Shown here: positions 39,201 to 54,200 of the stretch, piece after piece
Layout of the letters: each line of letters opens with the position of its first letter
How positions within the stretch are numbered: position 1 is the stretch's first letter
Assembly: GCA_964016885.1 (NCBI GenBank)
Contig: OZ024745.1
Location: 19,158,001 to 19,222,000, forward strand
Source of the DNA: Eledone cirrhosa
Lineage: Eukaryota
Direction: 5' to 3'
DNA length: 64,000 bases
Program-made: the position numbers and the translations under genes
Notes under the pieces: model-generated
Databases searched by the model: none
Told to the model about the DNA's origin: nothing
The model's input: only the letters and a program-made list of their open reading frames with translations

Positions 39201-42200
39201 CTAGACAACCACTTTACAGCATGGGCTGGGTCCTTTTTTGCCATGACACCTACACAACCACTTTACAGCATGGGCTGGGTCCTTTTTTGCCATGACACCT
39301 ATACAACCACTTTACAGTGTCGGCTGGGCCCTTTTTGCCATGACACCTAGACAACCAATTTACAGTGTGGGCTGGGTCCTTTTTTGCCATGACACCTAGA
39401 CAACCACTTTACAGCATGGGCTGGGCCCTTTTTGCCATGACACCCAGACAACCACTTTACAGCATGGGCTGGGTCCTTTTTGCCATGACACCTACACAAC
39501 CACTTTACAGTGTGGGCTGGGTCCTTTTTCGCCTTGACACCTAGACAACCACTTTACAGCATGGGCTGGGCACTTTTTACCATGACACCTACACAACCAC
39601 TTTACAGCATGGGCTGGGCACTTTTTGCCATGACACCTAGACAACCACTTTACAGCATGGGCTGGGCCCTTTTTGCCATGACACCTAGACAACCACTTCA
39701 CAGTGTGGGCTGGGCCCTTTTTGCCATGACACCTAGACAACCAATTTACAGTGTGGGCTGGGGCCTTTTTTGCCATGACACCTAGACAACCACTTTACAG
39801 CATGGGCTGGGCCCTTTTTGCCATGACACCTAGACAACCACTTTACAGTGTCGGCTGGGCCCTTTTTGCCATGACACCTAGACAACCAATTTACAGTGTG
39901 GGCTGGGGCCTTTTTTGCCATGACACCTAGACAACCACTTTACAGCATGGGCTGGGCCCTTTTTGCCATGACACCTAGACAACCACTTTCCAGTGTCGGC
40001 TGGGCCCTTTTTGCCATGACACCTAGACAACCACTTTACAGCATGGGCTGGGTCCTTTTTGCCATGACACCTACATAACCACTTTACAGTGTGGGCTGGG
40101 GCCTTTTTGGCCATGACACCTAAACAACCACTTTACAGCATGGGCTGGGCCCTTTTTGCCATGACACCTAGACAACCACTTTACAGTGTGGGCTGGACCC
40201 ATATTGACATGACACCTAGTCAACCACTTTACAGTGTGGGCTGGGTCCTTTTTGCCATGACACCTACACAACCACTTTACAGTGTGGGCTGGGGCCTTTT
40301 TTGCCATGTCACCTAGACAACCACTTTACAGCATGGGCTGGGCCCTTTTTGCCATGACACCTAGTCAACCACTTTACAGCGTGGACTGGGTTGTTTTTTG
40401 CCATGACACCTACACAACCACTTTACAGTGTGGGCTGGGCCCTTTTTGCCATGACACCTAGACAAACACTTTACAGCATGGGCTGGGCCCTTTTTGCCAT
40501 GACACCCAGACAACCACTTTACAGCATGGGCTGGGTCCTTTTTGCCATGACACCTAGAAAACCACTTTACAGTGTGGGCTGGGTACTTTTTGCCATGACA
40601 CCTAGACAACCGATTTACAGCATGGGCTGGGTCCTTTTTTGCCATGACACCTAGACAACCACTTTACAGTGTGGGCTGGGCCCTTTTTGCCATGACACCT
40701 AGACAACCACTTTACAGTGTGGGCTGGGTCCTTTTTCGCCATGACACCTAGACAACCACTTTACAGCATGGGCTGGGCCCTTTTTGCCATGACACCTAGA
40801 CAACCACTTTACAGTGTGGGCTGGGCCCTTTTTGCCATGACACATAGACAACCACTTTACAGAATGGGCTGGGTACTTTTTGCCGTGACACCTAAACAAC
40901 CACTTTATAGTGTGGGCTGGGTCCTTTTTGCCGTGACACCTAGACAACCACTTTACAGCATGGTCTGGGTCCTTTTTTGCCATGACACCTAGACAACCAC
41001 TTTACAGTGTGGGCTGGGCCCTTTTTGCCATGACACCTAGACAACCACTTTACAGTGTGAGCTGGGTACTTTTTGCCATGACACCTAGACAACCACTTTA
41101 CAGTGTGGGCTGGGCACTTTTTGCCATGACACCTAGACAACCACTTTACAGTGTGAGCTGGGTACTTTTTGCCATGACACCTAGACAACCACTTTACAGT
41201 GTGAGCTGGGTACTTTTTGCCATGACACCTAGACAACCACTTTACAGTGTGAGCTGGGTACTTTTTGCCATGACACCTAGACAACCACTTTACAGTGTGG
41301 GCTGGGCCCTTTTTGCCATGACACCTAGACAACCACTTTACAGTGTGGGCTGGGTCCTTTTTTGCCATGACACCTAGACAACCACTTTACAGTGTGGGCT
41401 AGGTCCTTTTTGCCGTGAGACCGAGACAATCACTTTACAATGTGAGCTGGGTCCTTTTTTGCCATGACACCTAGACAACCATTTTACAGTGTGGGCTGGG
41501 TCCTTTTTTGCCATGACACCTAGACAACAACTTTACAGCATGGGCTGGGCCCTTTTTGCCATGACAGCTAGAGAACCACTTTACAGTGTGGGCTGGGCCC
41601 TATTTGCCATGACAGCTAGACAACCACTTTACAGTGTGGGCTGGGTCCTTTTTTGCCATGACACCTAGACAACCACTTTACAGCATGGGCTGGGTCCTTT
41701 TTTGCCATGACACCTAGACAACCACTTTACAGTGTGGGCTGGGCCCTTTTTTGCCATGACACCTATACAACCACTTTACAGTGTGGGCTGGGTCCTTTTA
41801 TGCTATGACACCTAGACAACCACTTTGCAGCATGGGCTGGGTTCTTTTTTGCCATGAAACCTATACAACCACTTTACAGTGTGGGCTGGGTCCTTTTTTG
41901 CCATGACACCTAGACAACCACTTTACAGTGTGGTCTGGGTCCTTTTTTGCCATGACACCTAGACACCCACTTTACTGTGTGGGCTGGGCCCTTTTTTGCG
42001 ATGACACCTAGACAACCACTTTACAGTGTGGGCTGGGCTCTTTTTGCCATTACACCTAGACAACCACTTTACAGTGTGGGCTGGGTCCTTTTTTGCCATG
42101 ACACCTAGACAACCACTTTACAGTGTGGGCTGGGTCCTTTTTTGCCATGACACCTAGACAACCACTTTACAGCATGGGCTGGGTCCTTTTTTGCCATGAC

Positions 42201-45200
42201 ACCTACACAACCACTTTACAGCATGGGCTGGGTCCTTTTTTGCCATGACACCTATACAACCACTTTACAGTGTCGGCTGGGCCCTTTTTGCCATGACACC
42301 TAGACAACCAATTTACAGTGTGGGCTGGGTCCTTTTTTGCCATGACACCTAGACAACCACTTTACAGCATGGGCTGGGCCCTTTTTGCCATGACACCCAG
42401 ACAACCACTTTACAGCATGGGCTGGGTCCTTTTTGCCATGACACCTACACAACCACTTTACAGTGTGGGCTGGGGCCATGACACCTAGACAACCACTTTA
42501 CAGCATGGGCTGGGCCCTTTTTGCCATGACACCTAGACAACCACTTTACAGTGTGGGCTGGGCCCTTTTTGCCATGACACATAGACAACCACTTTACAGA
42601 ATGGGCTGGGTAATTTTTGCCGTGACACCTAAACAACCACTTTATAGTGTGGGCTGGGTCCTTTTTGCCGTGACACCTAGACAACCACTTTACAGCATGG
42701 GCTGGGTCCTTTTTTGCCATGACACCTAGACAACCACTTTACAGTGTGGGCTGGGCCCTTTTTGCCATGACACCTAGACAACCACTTTACAGTGTGAGCT
42801 GGGTACTTTTTGCCATGACACCTAGACAACCACTTTACAGTGTGGGCTGGGCACTTTTTGCCATGACACCTAGACAACCACTTTACAGTGTGAGCTGGGT
42901 ACTTTTTGCCATGACACCTAGACAACCACTTTACAGTGTGAGCTGGGTACTTTTTGCCATGACACCTAGACAACCACTTTACAGTGTGAGCTGGGTACTT
43001 TTTGCCATGACACCTACACAACCACTTTACAGTGTGGGCTGGGCCCTTTTTGCCATGACACCTAGACAACCACTTTACAGTGTGGGCTGGGTCCTTTTTT
43101 GCCATGACACCTAGACAACCACTTTACAGTGTGGGCTAGGTCCTTTTTGCCGTGAGACCGAGACAATCACTTTACAATGTGAGCTGGGTCCTTTTTTGCC
43201 ATGACACCTAGACAACCATTTTACAGTGTGGGCTGGGTCCTTTTTTGCCATGACACCTAGACAACAACTTTACAGCATGGGCTGGGCGCTTTTTGCCATG
43301 ACAGCTAGAGAACCACTTTACAGTGTGGGCTGGGCCCTATTAGCCATGACACCTAGACAACCACTTTACAGTGTGGGCTGGGTCCTTTTTTGCCATGACA
43401 CCTAGACAACCACTTTACAGTGTGGGCTGGGTCCTTTTTTGCCATGACACCTAGACAACCACTTTACAGCATGGGCTGGGCCCTTTTTGCCATGACACCT
43501 AGACAACCACTTTACAGCATGGGCTAGGTCCTATTTGCCATAACACCTAGACAACCCCTTTACAGTGTGGGCTGGGTCCTTTTTCGCCTTGACACCTAGA
43601 CAACCACTTTACAGCATGGGCTGGGCACTTTTTGCCATGACACCTACACAACCACTTTACAGCATGGGCTGGGCACTTTTTGCCATGACACCTAGACAAC
43701 CACTTTACAGCATGGGCTGGGCCCTTTTTGCCATGACACCTAGACAACCACTTCACAGTGTGGGCTGGGCCCTTTTTGCCATGACACCTAGACAACCAAT
43801 TTACAGTGTGGGCTGGGGCCTTTTTTGCCATGACACCTAGACAACCACTTTACAGCATGGGCTGGGCCCTTTTTGCCATGACACCTAGACAACCACTTTA
43901 CAGTGTCGGCTGGGCCCTTTTTGCCATGACACCTAGACAACCAATTTACAGTGTGGGCTGGGGCCTTTTTTGCCATGACACCTAGACAACCACTTTACAG
44001 CATGGGCTGGGCCCTTTTTGCCATGACACCTAGACAACCACTTTACAGTGTCGGCTGGGCCCTTTTTGCCATGACACCTAGACAACCACTTTACAGCATG
44101 GGCTGGGTCCTTTTTGCCATGACACCTACACAACCACTTTACAGTGTGGGCTGGGGCCTTTTTTGCCATGACACCTAAACAACCACTTTACAGCATGGGC
44201 TGGGCCCTTTTTGCCATGACACCTAGACAACCACTTTACAGTGTGGGCTGGACCCATATTGACATGACACCTAGTCAACCACTTTACAGTGTGGGCTGGG
44301 TCCTTTTTGCCATGACACCTACACAACCACTTTACAGTGTGGGCTGGGGCCTTTTTTGCCATGTCACCTAGACAACCACTTTACAGCATGGGCTGGGCCC
44401 TTTTTGCCATGACACCTAGTCAACCACTTTACAGCGTGGACTGGGTTGTTTTTTGCCATGACACCTACACAACCACTTTACAGTGTGGGCTGGGCCCTTT
44501 TTGCCATGACACCTAGACAACCACTTTACAGCATGGGCTGGGTCCTTTTTTGCCATGACACCTACACAACTACTTTACAGCATGGGCTGGGTCCTTTTTT
44601 GCCATGACACCTATACAACCACTTTACAGTGTCGGCTGGGCCCTTTTTGCCATGACACCTAGACAACCAATTTACAGTGTGGGCTGGGTCCTTTTTTGCC
44701 ATGACACCTAGACAACCACTTTACAGCATGGGCTGGGCCCTTTTTGCCATGACACCCAGACAACCACTTTACAGCATGGGCTGGGTCCTTTTTGCCATGA
44801 CACCTACACAACCACTTTACAGTGTGGGCTGGGTCCTTTTTCGCCTTGACACCTAGACAACCACTTTACAGCATGGGCTGGGCACTTTTTACCATGACAC
44901 CTACACAACCACTTTACAGCATGGGCTGGGCACTTTTTGCCATGACACCTAGACAACCACTTTACAGCATGGGCTGGGCCATTTTTGCCATGACACCTAG
45001 ACAACCACTTCACAGTGTGGGCTGGGCCCTTTTTGCCATGACACCTAGACAACCAATTTACAGTGTGGGCTGGGGCCTTTTTTGCCATGACACCTAGACA
45101 ACCACTTTACAGCATGGGCTGGGCCCTTTTTGCCATGACACCTAGACAACCACTTTACAGTGTCGGCTGGGCCCTTTTTGCCATGACACCTAGACAACCA

Positions 45201-48200
45201 ATTTACAGTGTGGGCTGGGGCCTTTTTTGCCATGACACCTAGACAACCACTTTACAGCATGGGCTGGGCCCTTTTTGCCATGACACCTAGACAACCACTT
45301 TCCAGTGTCGGCTGGGCCCTTTTTGCCATGACACCTAGACAACCACTTTACAGCATGGGCTGGGTCCTTTTTGCCATGACACCTACATAACCACTTTACA
45401 GTGTGGGCTGGGGCCTTTTTGGCCATGACACCTAAACAACCACTTTACAGCATGGGCTGGGCCCTTTTTGCCATGACACCTAGACAACCACTTTACAGTG
45501 TGGGCTGGACCCATATTGACATGACACCTAGTCAACCACTTTACAGTGTGGGCTGGGTCCTTTTTGCCATGACACCTACACAACCACTTTACAGTGTGGG
45601 CTGGGGCCTTTTTTGCCATGTCACCTAGACAACCACTTTACAGCATGGGCTGGGCCCTTTTTGCCATGACACCTAGTCAACCACTTTACAGCGTGGACTG
45701 GGTTGTTTTTTGCCATGACACCTACACAACCACTTTACAGTGTGGGCTGGGCCCTTTTTGCCATGACACCTAGACAACCACTTTACAGCATGGGCTGGGC
45801 CCTTTTTGCCATGACACCCAGACAACCACTTTACAGCATGGGCTGGGTCCTTTTTGCCATGACACCTAGAAAACCACTTTACAGTGTGGGCTGGGTACTT
45901 TTTGCCATGACACCTAGACAACCGATTTACAGCATGGGCTGGGTCCTTTTTTGCCATGACACCTAGACAACCACTTTACAGTGTGGGCTGGGCCCTTTTT
46001 GCCATGACACCTAGACAACCACTTTACAGTGTGGGCTGGGTACTTTTTGCCATGACACCTAGACAACCACTTTACAGTGTGGGCTGGGTCCTTTTTTGCC
46101 ATGACACCTAGACAACCACTTTACAGTGTGGGCTAGGTCCTTTTTGCCGTGAGACCGAGACAATCACTTTACAGTGTGGGCTGGGTCCTTTTTTGCCATG
46201 ACACCTAGACAACCATTTTACAGTGTAGGCTGGGTCCTTTTTTGCCATGACACCTAGACAAACACTTTAAAGTGTGGGCTGGGTCCTTTTTTGCCATGAC
46301 ACCTAGACAACCACTTTACAGTGTGGGCTGGGTACTTTTTGCCATGACACCTAGACAACCACTTTACAGTGTGGGCTGGGTACTTTTTTACCATGACACC
46401 TAGACAACCACTTTACCGCATGGGCTGGGTCCTTTTTGCCATGACACCCAGACAACCACTTTACAGTGTGGGCTGGGTACTTTTTGCCGTGACACCTAGA
46501 CAACCACTTTACAGTGTGGGCTGGGTCCTTTTTTGCCATGACACCTAGACAACCACTTTACAGTGTGGGCTGGGTCTTTTTTTGCCATGACACCCAGACA
46601 ACCACTTTAGAGCATGGGCTGGGTCCTTTTTGCCATGACACCTAGACTACCACTTTACAATGTGGGCTGGGTCCTTTTTCGCCTTGACACCTAGACAACC
46701 ACTTTACAGCATAGGCTGGGCACTTTTTGCCGTGACACCTAGACAACCACTTTACAGCATGGGCTGGGTCCTTTGTGCCATGACACCTAGACAACCACTT
46801 TATAGTGTGGGCCTGGCCCTTTTTGCCATGACACCTAGACAACCACTTTACAGTGTGGGCTGGGTCCTTTTTTGCCATGAAACCTAGACAACCACTTTTC
46901 AGTGTGGGCTGGGTCCTTTTTTTCCATGAGACCTAGACAACCACTTTACCACATGGGCTGGTCCCTTTTTGCCATGACACCCAGACAACCACTTTAGAGC
47001 ATGGGCTGGGTCCTTTTTGCCATGACACCTAGACTACCACTTTACAATGTGGGCTGGGTCCTTTTTCGCCTTGACACCTAGACAACCACTTTACAGCATA
47101 GGCTGGGCACTTTTTGCCATGACACCTAGACAACCACTTTACAGCATGAGCTGGGTCCTTTTTGCCATGACACCTACACAACCACTTTACAGAGTGGGCT
47201 GGGTCCTTTTTTGCCATGACACCTAGACAACCACTTTACAGCATGGGCTGGGCCCTTTTTGCCATGACACCTAGACAACCACTTTACAGTGTGGGCTAGG
47301 TCCTTTTTGCCGTGAGACCAAGACAATCAATTTACAATGTGAGCTGGGTCCTTTTTTGCCATGACACCTAGACAACCATTTTACAGTGTGGGCTGGGTCC
47401 TTTTTTGTCATGACACCTAGACAACAACTTTACAGCATGGGCTCGGCTCTTTTTACCATGACAGCTAGAGAACCACTTTACAGTGTGGGCTGGGCCCTAT
47501 TAGCCATGACACCTAGACAACCACTTTACAGTGTGGGCTGGGTCCTTTTTTTGCCATGACACCTAGACAACCACTTTACAGTGTGGGCTGGGTCCTTTTT
47601 TGCCATGACACCTAGACAACCACTTTACAGCATGGGCTGGGTCCTTTTTTGCCATGACACCTATACAACCACTTTACAGTGTGGGGTGGGTCCTTTTTTG
47701 CCATAACACCTAGACAACCACTTTACAGTGTGGGCTGGGTCCTTTTTTGCCATGACACCTAGACAACCACTTTACAGCATGGGCTGGGCCCTTTTTGCCA
47801 TGACACCTAGACAACCACTTTACAGCATGGGCTGGGTCCTTTTTGCCATGACACCTACACAACCACTTTACAGTGTGGGCTGGGTCCTTTTTCGCCTTGA
47901 CACCTAGACAACCACTTTACAGCATGGGCTGGGCACTTTTTGCCATGACACCTAGACAACCACTTTACAGCATGGGCTGGGTCCTTTTTGCCATGACACC
48001 TACACAACCACTTTACAGTGTGGGCTGGGGCCTTTTTTGCCATGACACCTAGACAACCACTTTACAGCATGGGCTGGGCCCTTTTTGCCATGACACCTAG
48101 ACAACCACTTTACAGTGTGGGCTGGGCCCTTTTTGCCATGACACCTAGACAACCACTTTACAGTGTCGGCTGGGCCCTTTTTGCCATGACACCTAGACAA

Positions 48201-51200
48201 CCAATTTACAGTGTGGGCTGGGGCCTTTTTTGCCATGACACCTAGACAACCACTTTACAGCATGGGCTGGGCCCTTTTTGCCATGACACCTATACAACCA
48301 CTTTACAGTGTCGGCTGGGCCCTTTTTGCCATGACACCTAGACAACCACTTTACAGCATGGGCTGGGTCCTTTTTGCCATGACACCTACACAACCACTTT
48401 ACAGTGTGGGCTGGGGCCTTTTTTGCCATGACACCTAGACAACCACTTTACAGCATGGGCTGGGCCCTTTTTGCCATGACACCTAGACAACCACTTTACA
48501 GTGTGGGCTGGACCCATATTGACATGACACCTAGACAACCACTTTACAGTGTGGGCTGGGTCCTTTTTTGCCATGACACCTAGACAACCACTTTACAGCA
48601 TGGGCTGGGCCCTTTTTGCCATGACACCTAGACAACCACTTTACAGTGTGGGCTGGGCCCTTTTTGCCATGACACATAGACAACCACTTTACAGAATGGG
48701 CTGGGTAATTTTTGCCGTGACACCTAGACAACCACTTTACAGCATGGGCTGGGCCCTTTTTGCCATGACACCTAGACAACCACTTTACAGTGTGGGCTGG
48801 ACCCATATTGACATGACACCTAGACAACCACTTTACAGTGTGGGCTGGGTACTTTTTTCCATGACACCTAGACAACCACTTTAGAGTGTGGGCTGGGCCC
48901 TTTTTGCCATGACACCTAGACAACCGCTTTACAGTGTGAGCTGGGTACTTTTTGCCATGACACCTAGACAACCACTTTACAGTGTGGGCTGGGCCCTTTT
49001 TGCCATGACACCTAGACAACCACTTTACAGTGTGAGCTGGGTACTTTTTGCCATGACACCTAGACAACCACTTTACAGTGTGAGCTGGGTACTTTTTGCC
49101 ATGACACCTAGACAACCACTTTACAGTGTGGGCTGGGCCCTTTTTGCCATGACACCTAGACAACCACTTTACAGTGTGGGCTGGGTCCTTTTTTGCCATG
49201 ACACCTAGACAACCACTTTACAGTGTGGGCTAGGTCCTTTTTGCCGTGAGACCGAGACAATCACTTTACAATGTGAGCTGGGTCCTTTTTTGCCATGACA
49301 CCTAGACAACCATTTTACAGTGTGGGCTGGGTCCTTTTTTGCCATGACACCTAGACAACCACTTTACAGTGTGGGCTGGGTCCTTTTTTGCCATGACACC
49401 TAGACAACCACTTTACAGCATGGGCTGGGTCCTTTTTTGCCATGACACCTACACAACCACTTTACAGCATGGGCTGGGTCCTTTTTTGCCATGACACCTA
49501 TACAACCACTTTACAGTGTCGGCTGGGCCCTTTTTGCCATGACACCTAGACAACCAATTTACAGTGTGGGCTGGGTCCTTTTTTGCCATGACACCTAGAC
49601 AACCACTTTACAGCATGGGCTGGGCCCTTTTTGCCATGACACCCAGACAACCACTTTACAGCATGGGCTGGGTCCTTTTTGCCATGACACCTACACAACC
49701 ACTTTACAGTGTGGGCTGGGGCCATGACACCTAGACAACCACTTTACAGCATGGGCTGGGCCCTTTTTGCCATGACACCTAGACAACCACTTTACAGTGT
49801 GGGCTGGGCCCTTTTTGCCATGACACATAGACAACCACTTTACAGAATGGGCTGGGTAATTTTTGCCGTGACACCTAAACAACCACTTTATAGTGTGGGC
49901 TGGGTCCTTTTTGCCGTGACACCTAGACAACCACTTTACAGCATGGGCTGGGTCCTTTTTTGCCATGACACCTAGACAACCACTTTACAGTGTGGGCTGG
50001 GCCCTTTTTGCCATGACACCTAGACAACCACTTTACAGTGTGAGCTGGGTACTTTTTGCCATGACACCTAGACAACCACTTTACAGTGTGGGCTGGGCAC
50101 TTTTTGCCATGACACCTAGACAACCACTTTACAGTGTGAGCTGGGTACTTTTTGCCATGACACCTAGACAACCACTTTACAGTGTGAGCTGGGTACTTTT
50201 TGCCATGACACCTAGACAACCACTTTACAGTGTGAGCTGGGTACTTTTTGCCATGACACCTACACAACCACTTTACAGTGTGGGCTGGGCCCTTTTTGCC
50301 ATGACACCTAGACAACCACTTTACAGTGTGGGCTGGGTCCTTTTTTGCCATGACACCTAGACAACCACTTTACAGTGTGGGCTAGGTCCTTTTTGCCGTG
50401 AGACCGAGACAATCACTTTACAATGTGAGCTGGGTCCTTTTTTGCCATGACACCTAGACAACCATTTTACAGTGTGGGCTGGGTCCTTTTTTGCCATGAC
50501 ACCTAGACAACAACTTTACAGCATGGGCTGGGCGCTTTTTGCCATGACAGCTAGAGAACCACTTTACAGTGTGGGCTGGGCCCTATTAGCCATGACACCT
50601 AGACAACCACTTTACAGTGTGGGCTGGGTCCTTTTTTGCCATGACACCTAGACAACCACTTTACAGTGTGGGCTGGGTCCTTTTTTGCCATGACACCTAG
50701 ACAACCACTTTACAGCATGGGCTGGGCCCTTTTTGCCATGACACCTAGACAACCACTTTACAGCATGGGCTAGGTCCTATTTGCCATAACACCTAGACAA
50801 CCCCTTTACAGTGTGGGCTGGGTCCTTTTTCGCCTTGACACCTAGACAACCACTTTACAGCATGGGCTGGGCACTTTTTGCCATGACACCTACACAACCA
50901 CTTTACAGCATGGGCTGGGCACTTTTTGCCATGACACCTAGACAACCACTTTACAGCATGGGCTGGGCCCTTTTTGCCATGACACCTAGACAACCACTTC
51001 ACAGTGTGGGCTGGGCCCTTTTTGCCATGACACCTAGACAACCAATTTACAGTGTGGGCTGGGGCCTTTTTTGCCATGACACCTAGACAACCACTTTACA
51101 GCATGGGCTGGGCCCTTTTTGCCATGACACCTAGACAACCACTTTACAGTGTCGGCTGGGCCCTTTTTGCCATGACACCTAGACAACCAATTTACAGTGT

Positions 51201-54200
51201 GGGCTGGGGCCTTTTTTGCCATGACACCTAGACAACCACTTTACAGCATGGGCTGGGCCCTTTTTGCCATGACACCTAGACAACCACTTTACAGTGTCGG
51301 CTGGGCCCTTTTTGCCATGACACCTAGACAACCACTTTACAGCATGGGCTGGGACCTTTTTGCCATGACACCTACACAACCACTTTACAGTGTGGGCTGG
51401 GGCCTTTTTTGCCATGACACCTAAACAACCACTTTACAGCATGGGCTGGGCCCTTTTTGCCATGACACCTAGACAACCACTTTACAGTGTGGGCTGGACC
51501 CATATTGACATGACACCTAGTCAACCACTTTACAGTGTGGGCTGGGTCCTTTTTGCCATGACACCTACACAACCACTTTACAGTGTGGGCTGGGGCCTTT
51601 TTTGCCATGTCACCTAGACAACCACTTTACAGCATGGGCTGGGCCCTTTTTGCCATGACACCTAGTCAACCACTTTACAGCGTGGACTGGGTTGTTTTTT
51701 GCCATGACACCTACACAACCACTTTACAGTGTGGGCTGGGCCCTTTTTGCCATGACACCTAGACAACCACTTTACAGCATGGGCTGGGTCCTTTTTTGCC
51801 ATGACACCTACACAACCACTTTACAGCATGGGCTGGGTCCTTTTTTGCCATGACACCTATACAACCACTTTACAGTGTCGGCTGGGCCCTTTTTGCCATG
51901 ACACCTAGACAACCAATTTACAGTGTGGGCTGGGTCCTTTTTTGCCATGACACCTAGACAACCACTTTACAGCATGGGCTGGGCCCTTTTTGCCATGACA
52001 CCCAGACAACCACTTTACAGCATGGGCTGGGTCCTTTTTGCCATGACACCTACACAACCACTTTACAGTGTGGGCTGGGTCCTTTTTCGCCTTGACACCT
52101 AGACAACCACTTTACAGCATGGGCTGGGCACTTTTTACCATGACACCTACACAACCACTTTACAGCATGGGCTGGGCACTTTTTGCCATGACACCTAGAC
52201 AACCACTTTACAGCATGGGCTGGGCCCTTTTTGCCATGACACCTAGACAACCACTTCACAGTGTGGGCTGGGCCCTTTTTGCCATGACACCTAGACAACC
52301 AATTTACAGTGTGGGCTGGGGCCTTTTTTGCCATGACACCTAGACAACCACTTTACAGCATGGGCTGGGCCCTTTTTGCCATGACACCTAGACAACCACT
52401 TTACAGTGTCGGCTGGGCCCTTTTTGCCATGACACCTAGACAACCAATTTACAGTGTGGGCTGGGGCCTTTTTTGCCATGACACCTAGACAACCACTTTA
52501 CAGCATGGGCTGGGCCCTTTTTGCCATGACACCTAGACAACCACTTTCCAGTGTCGGCTGGGCCCTTTTTGCCATGACACCTAGACAACCACTTTACAGC
52601 ATGGGCTGGGTCCTTTTTGCCATGACACCTACATAACCACTTTACAGTGTGGGCTGGGGCCTTTTTGGCCATGACACCTAAACAACCACTTTACAGCATG
52701 GGCTGGGCCCTTTTTGCCATGACACCTAGACAACCACTTTACAGTGTGGGCTGGACCCATATTGACATGACACCTAGTCAACCACTTTACAGTGTGGGCT
52801 GGGTCCTTTTTGCCATGACACCTACACAACCACTTTACAGTGTGGGCTGGGGCCTTTTTTGCCATGTCACCTAGACAACCACTTTACAGCATGGGCTGGG
52901 CCCTTTTTGCCATGACACCTAGTCAACCACTTTACAGCGTGGACTGGGTTGTTTTTTGCCATGACACCTACACAACCACTTTACAGTGTGGGCTGGGCCC
53001 TTTTTGCCATGACACCTAGACAACCACTTTACAGCATGGGCTGGGCCCTTTTTGCCATGACACCCAGACAACCACTTTACAGCATGGGCTGGGTCCTTTT
53101 TGCCATGACACCTAGAAAACCACTTTACAGTGTGGGCTGGGTACTTTTTGCCATGACACCTAGACAACCGATTTACAGCATGGGCTGGGTCCTTTTTTGC
53201 CATGACACCTAGACAACCACTTTACAGTGTGGGCTGGGCCCTTTTTGCCATGACACCTAGACAACCACTTTACAGTGTGGGCTGGGTACTTTTTGCCATG
53301 ACACCTAGACAACCACTTTACAGTGTGGGCTGGGTCCTTTTTTGCCATGACACCTAGACAACCACTTTACAGTGTGGGCTAGGTCCTTTTTGCCGTGAGA
53401 CCGAGACAATCACTTTACAGTGTGGGCTGGGTCCTTTTTTGCCATGACACCTAGACAACCATTTTACAGTGTAGGCTGGGTCCTTTTTTGCCATGACACC
53501 TAGACAAACACTTTAAAGTGTGGGCTGGGTCCTTTTTTGCCATGACACCTAGACAACCACTTTACAGTGTGGGCTGGGTACTTTTTGCCATGACACCTAG
53601 ACAACCACTTTACAGTGTGGGCTGGGTACTTTTTTACCATGACACCTAGACAACCACTTTACCGCATGGGCTGGGTCCTTTTTGCCATGACACCCAGACA
53701 ACCACTTTACAGTGTGGGCTGGGTACTTTTTGCCGTGACACCTAGACAACCACTTTACAGTGTGGGCTGGGTCCTTTTTTGCCATGACACCTAGACAACC
53801 ACTTTACAGTGTGGGCTGGGTCTTTTTTTGCCATGACACCCAGACAACCACTTTAGAGCATGGGCTGGGTCCTTTTTGCCATGACACCTAGACTACCACT
53901 TTACAATGTGGGCTGGGTCCTTTTTCGCCTTGACACCTAGACAACCACTTTACAGCATAGGCTGGGCACTTTTTGCCGTGACACCTAGACAACCACTTTA
54001 CAGCATGGGCTGGGTCCTTTGTGCCATGACACCTAGACAACCACTTTATAGTGTGGGCCTGGCCCTTTTTGCCATGACACCTAGACAACCACTTTACAGT
54101 GTGGGCTGGGTCCTTTTTTGCCATGAAACCTAGACAACCACTTTTCAGTGTGGGCTGGGTCCTTTTTTTCCATGACACCTAGACAACCACTTTACCACAT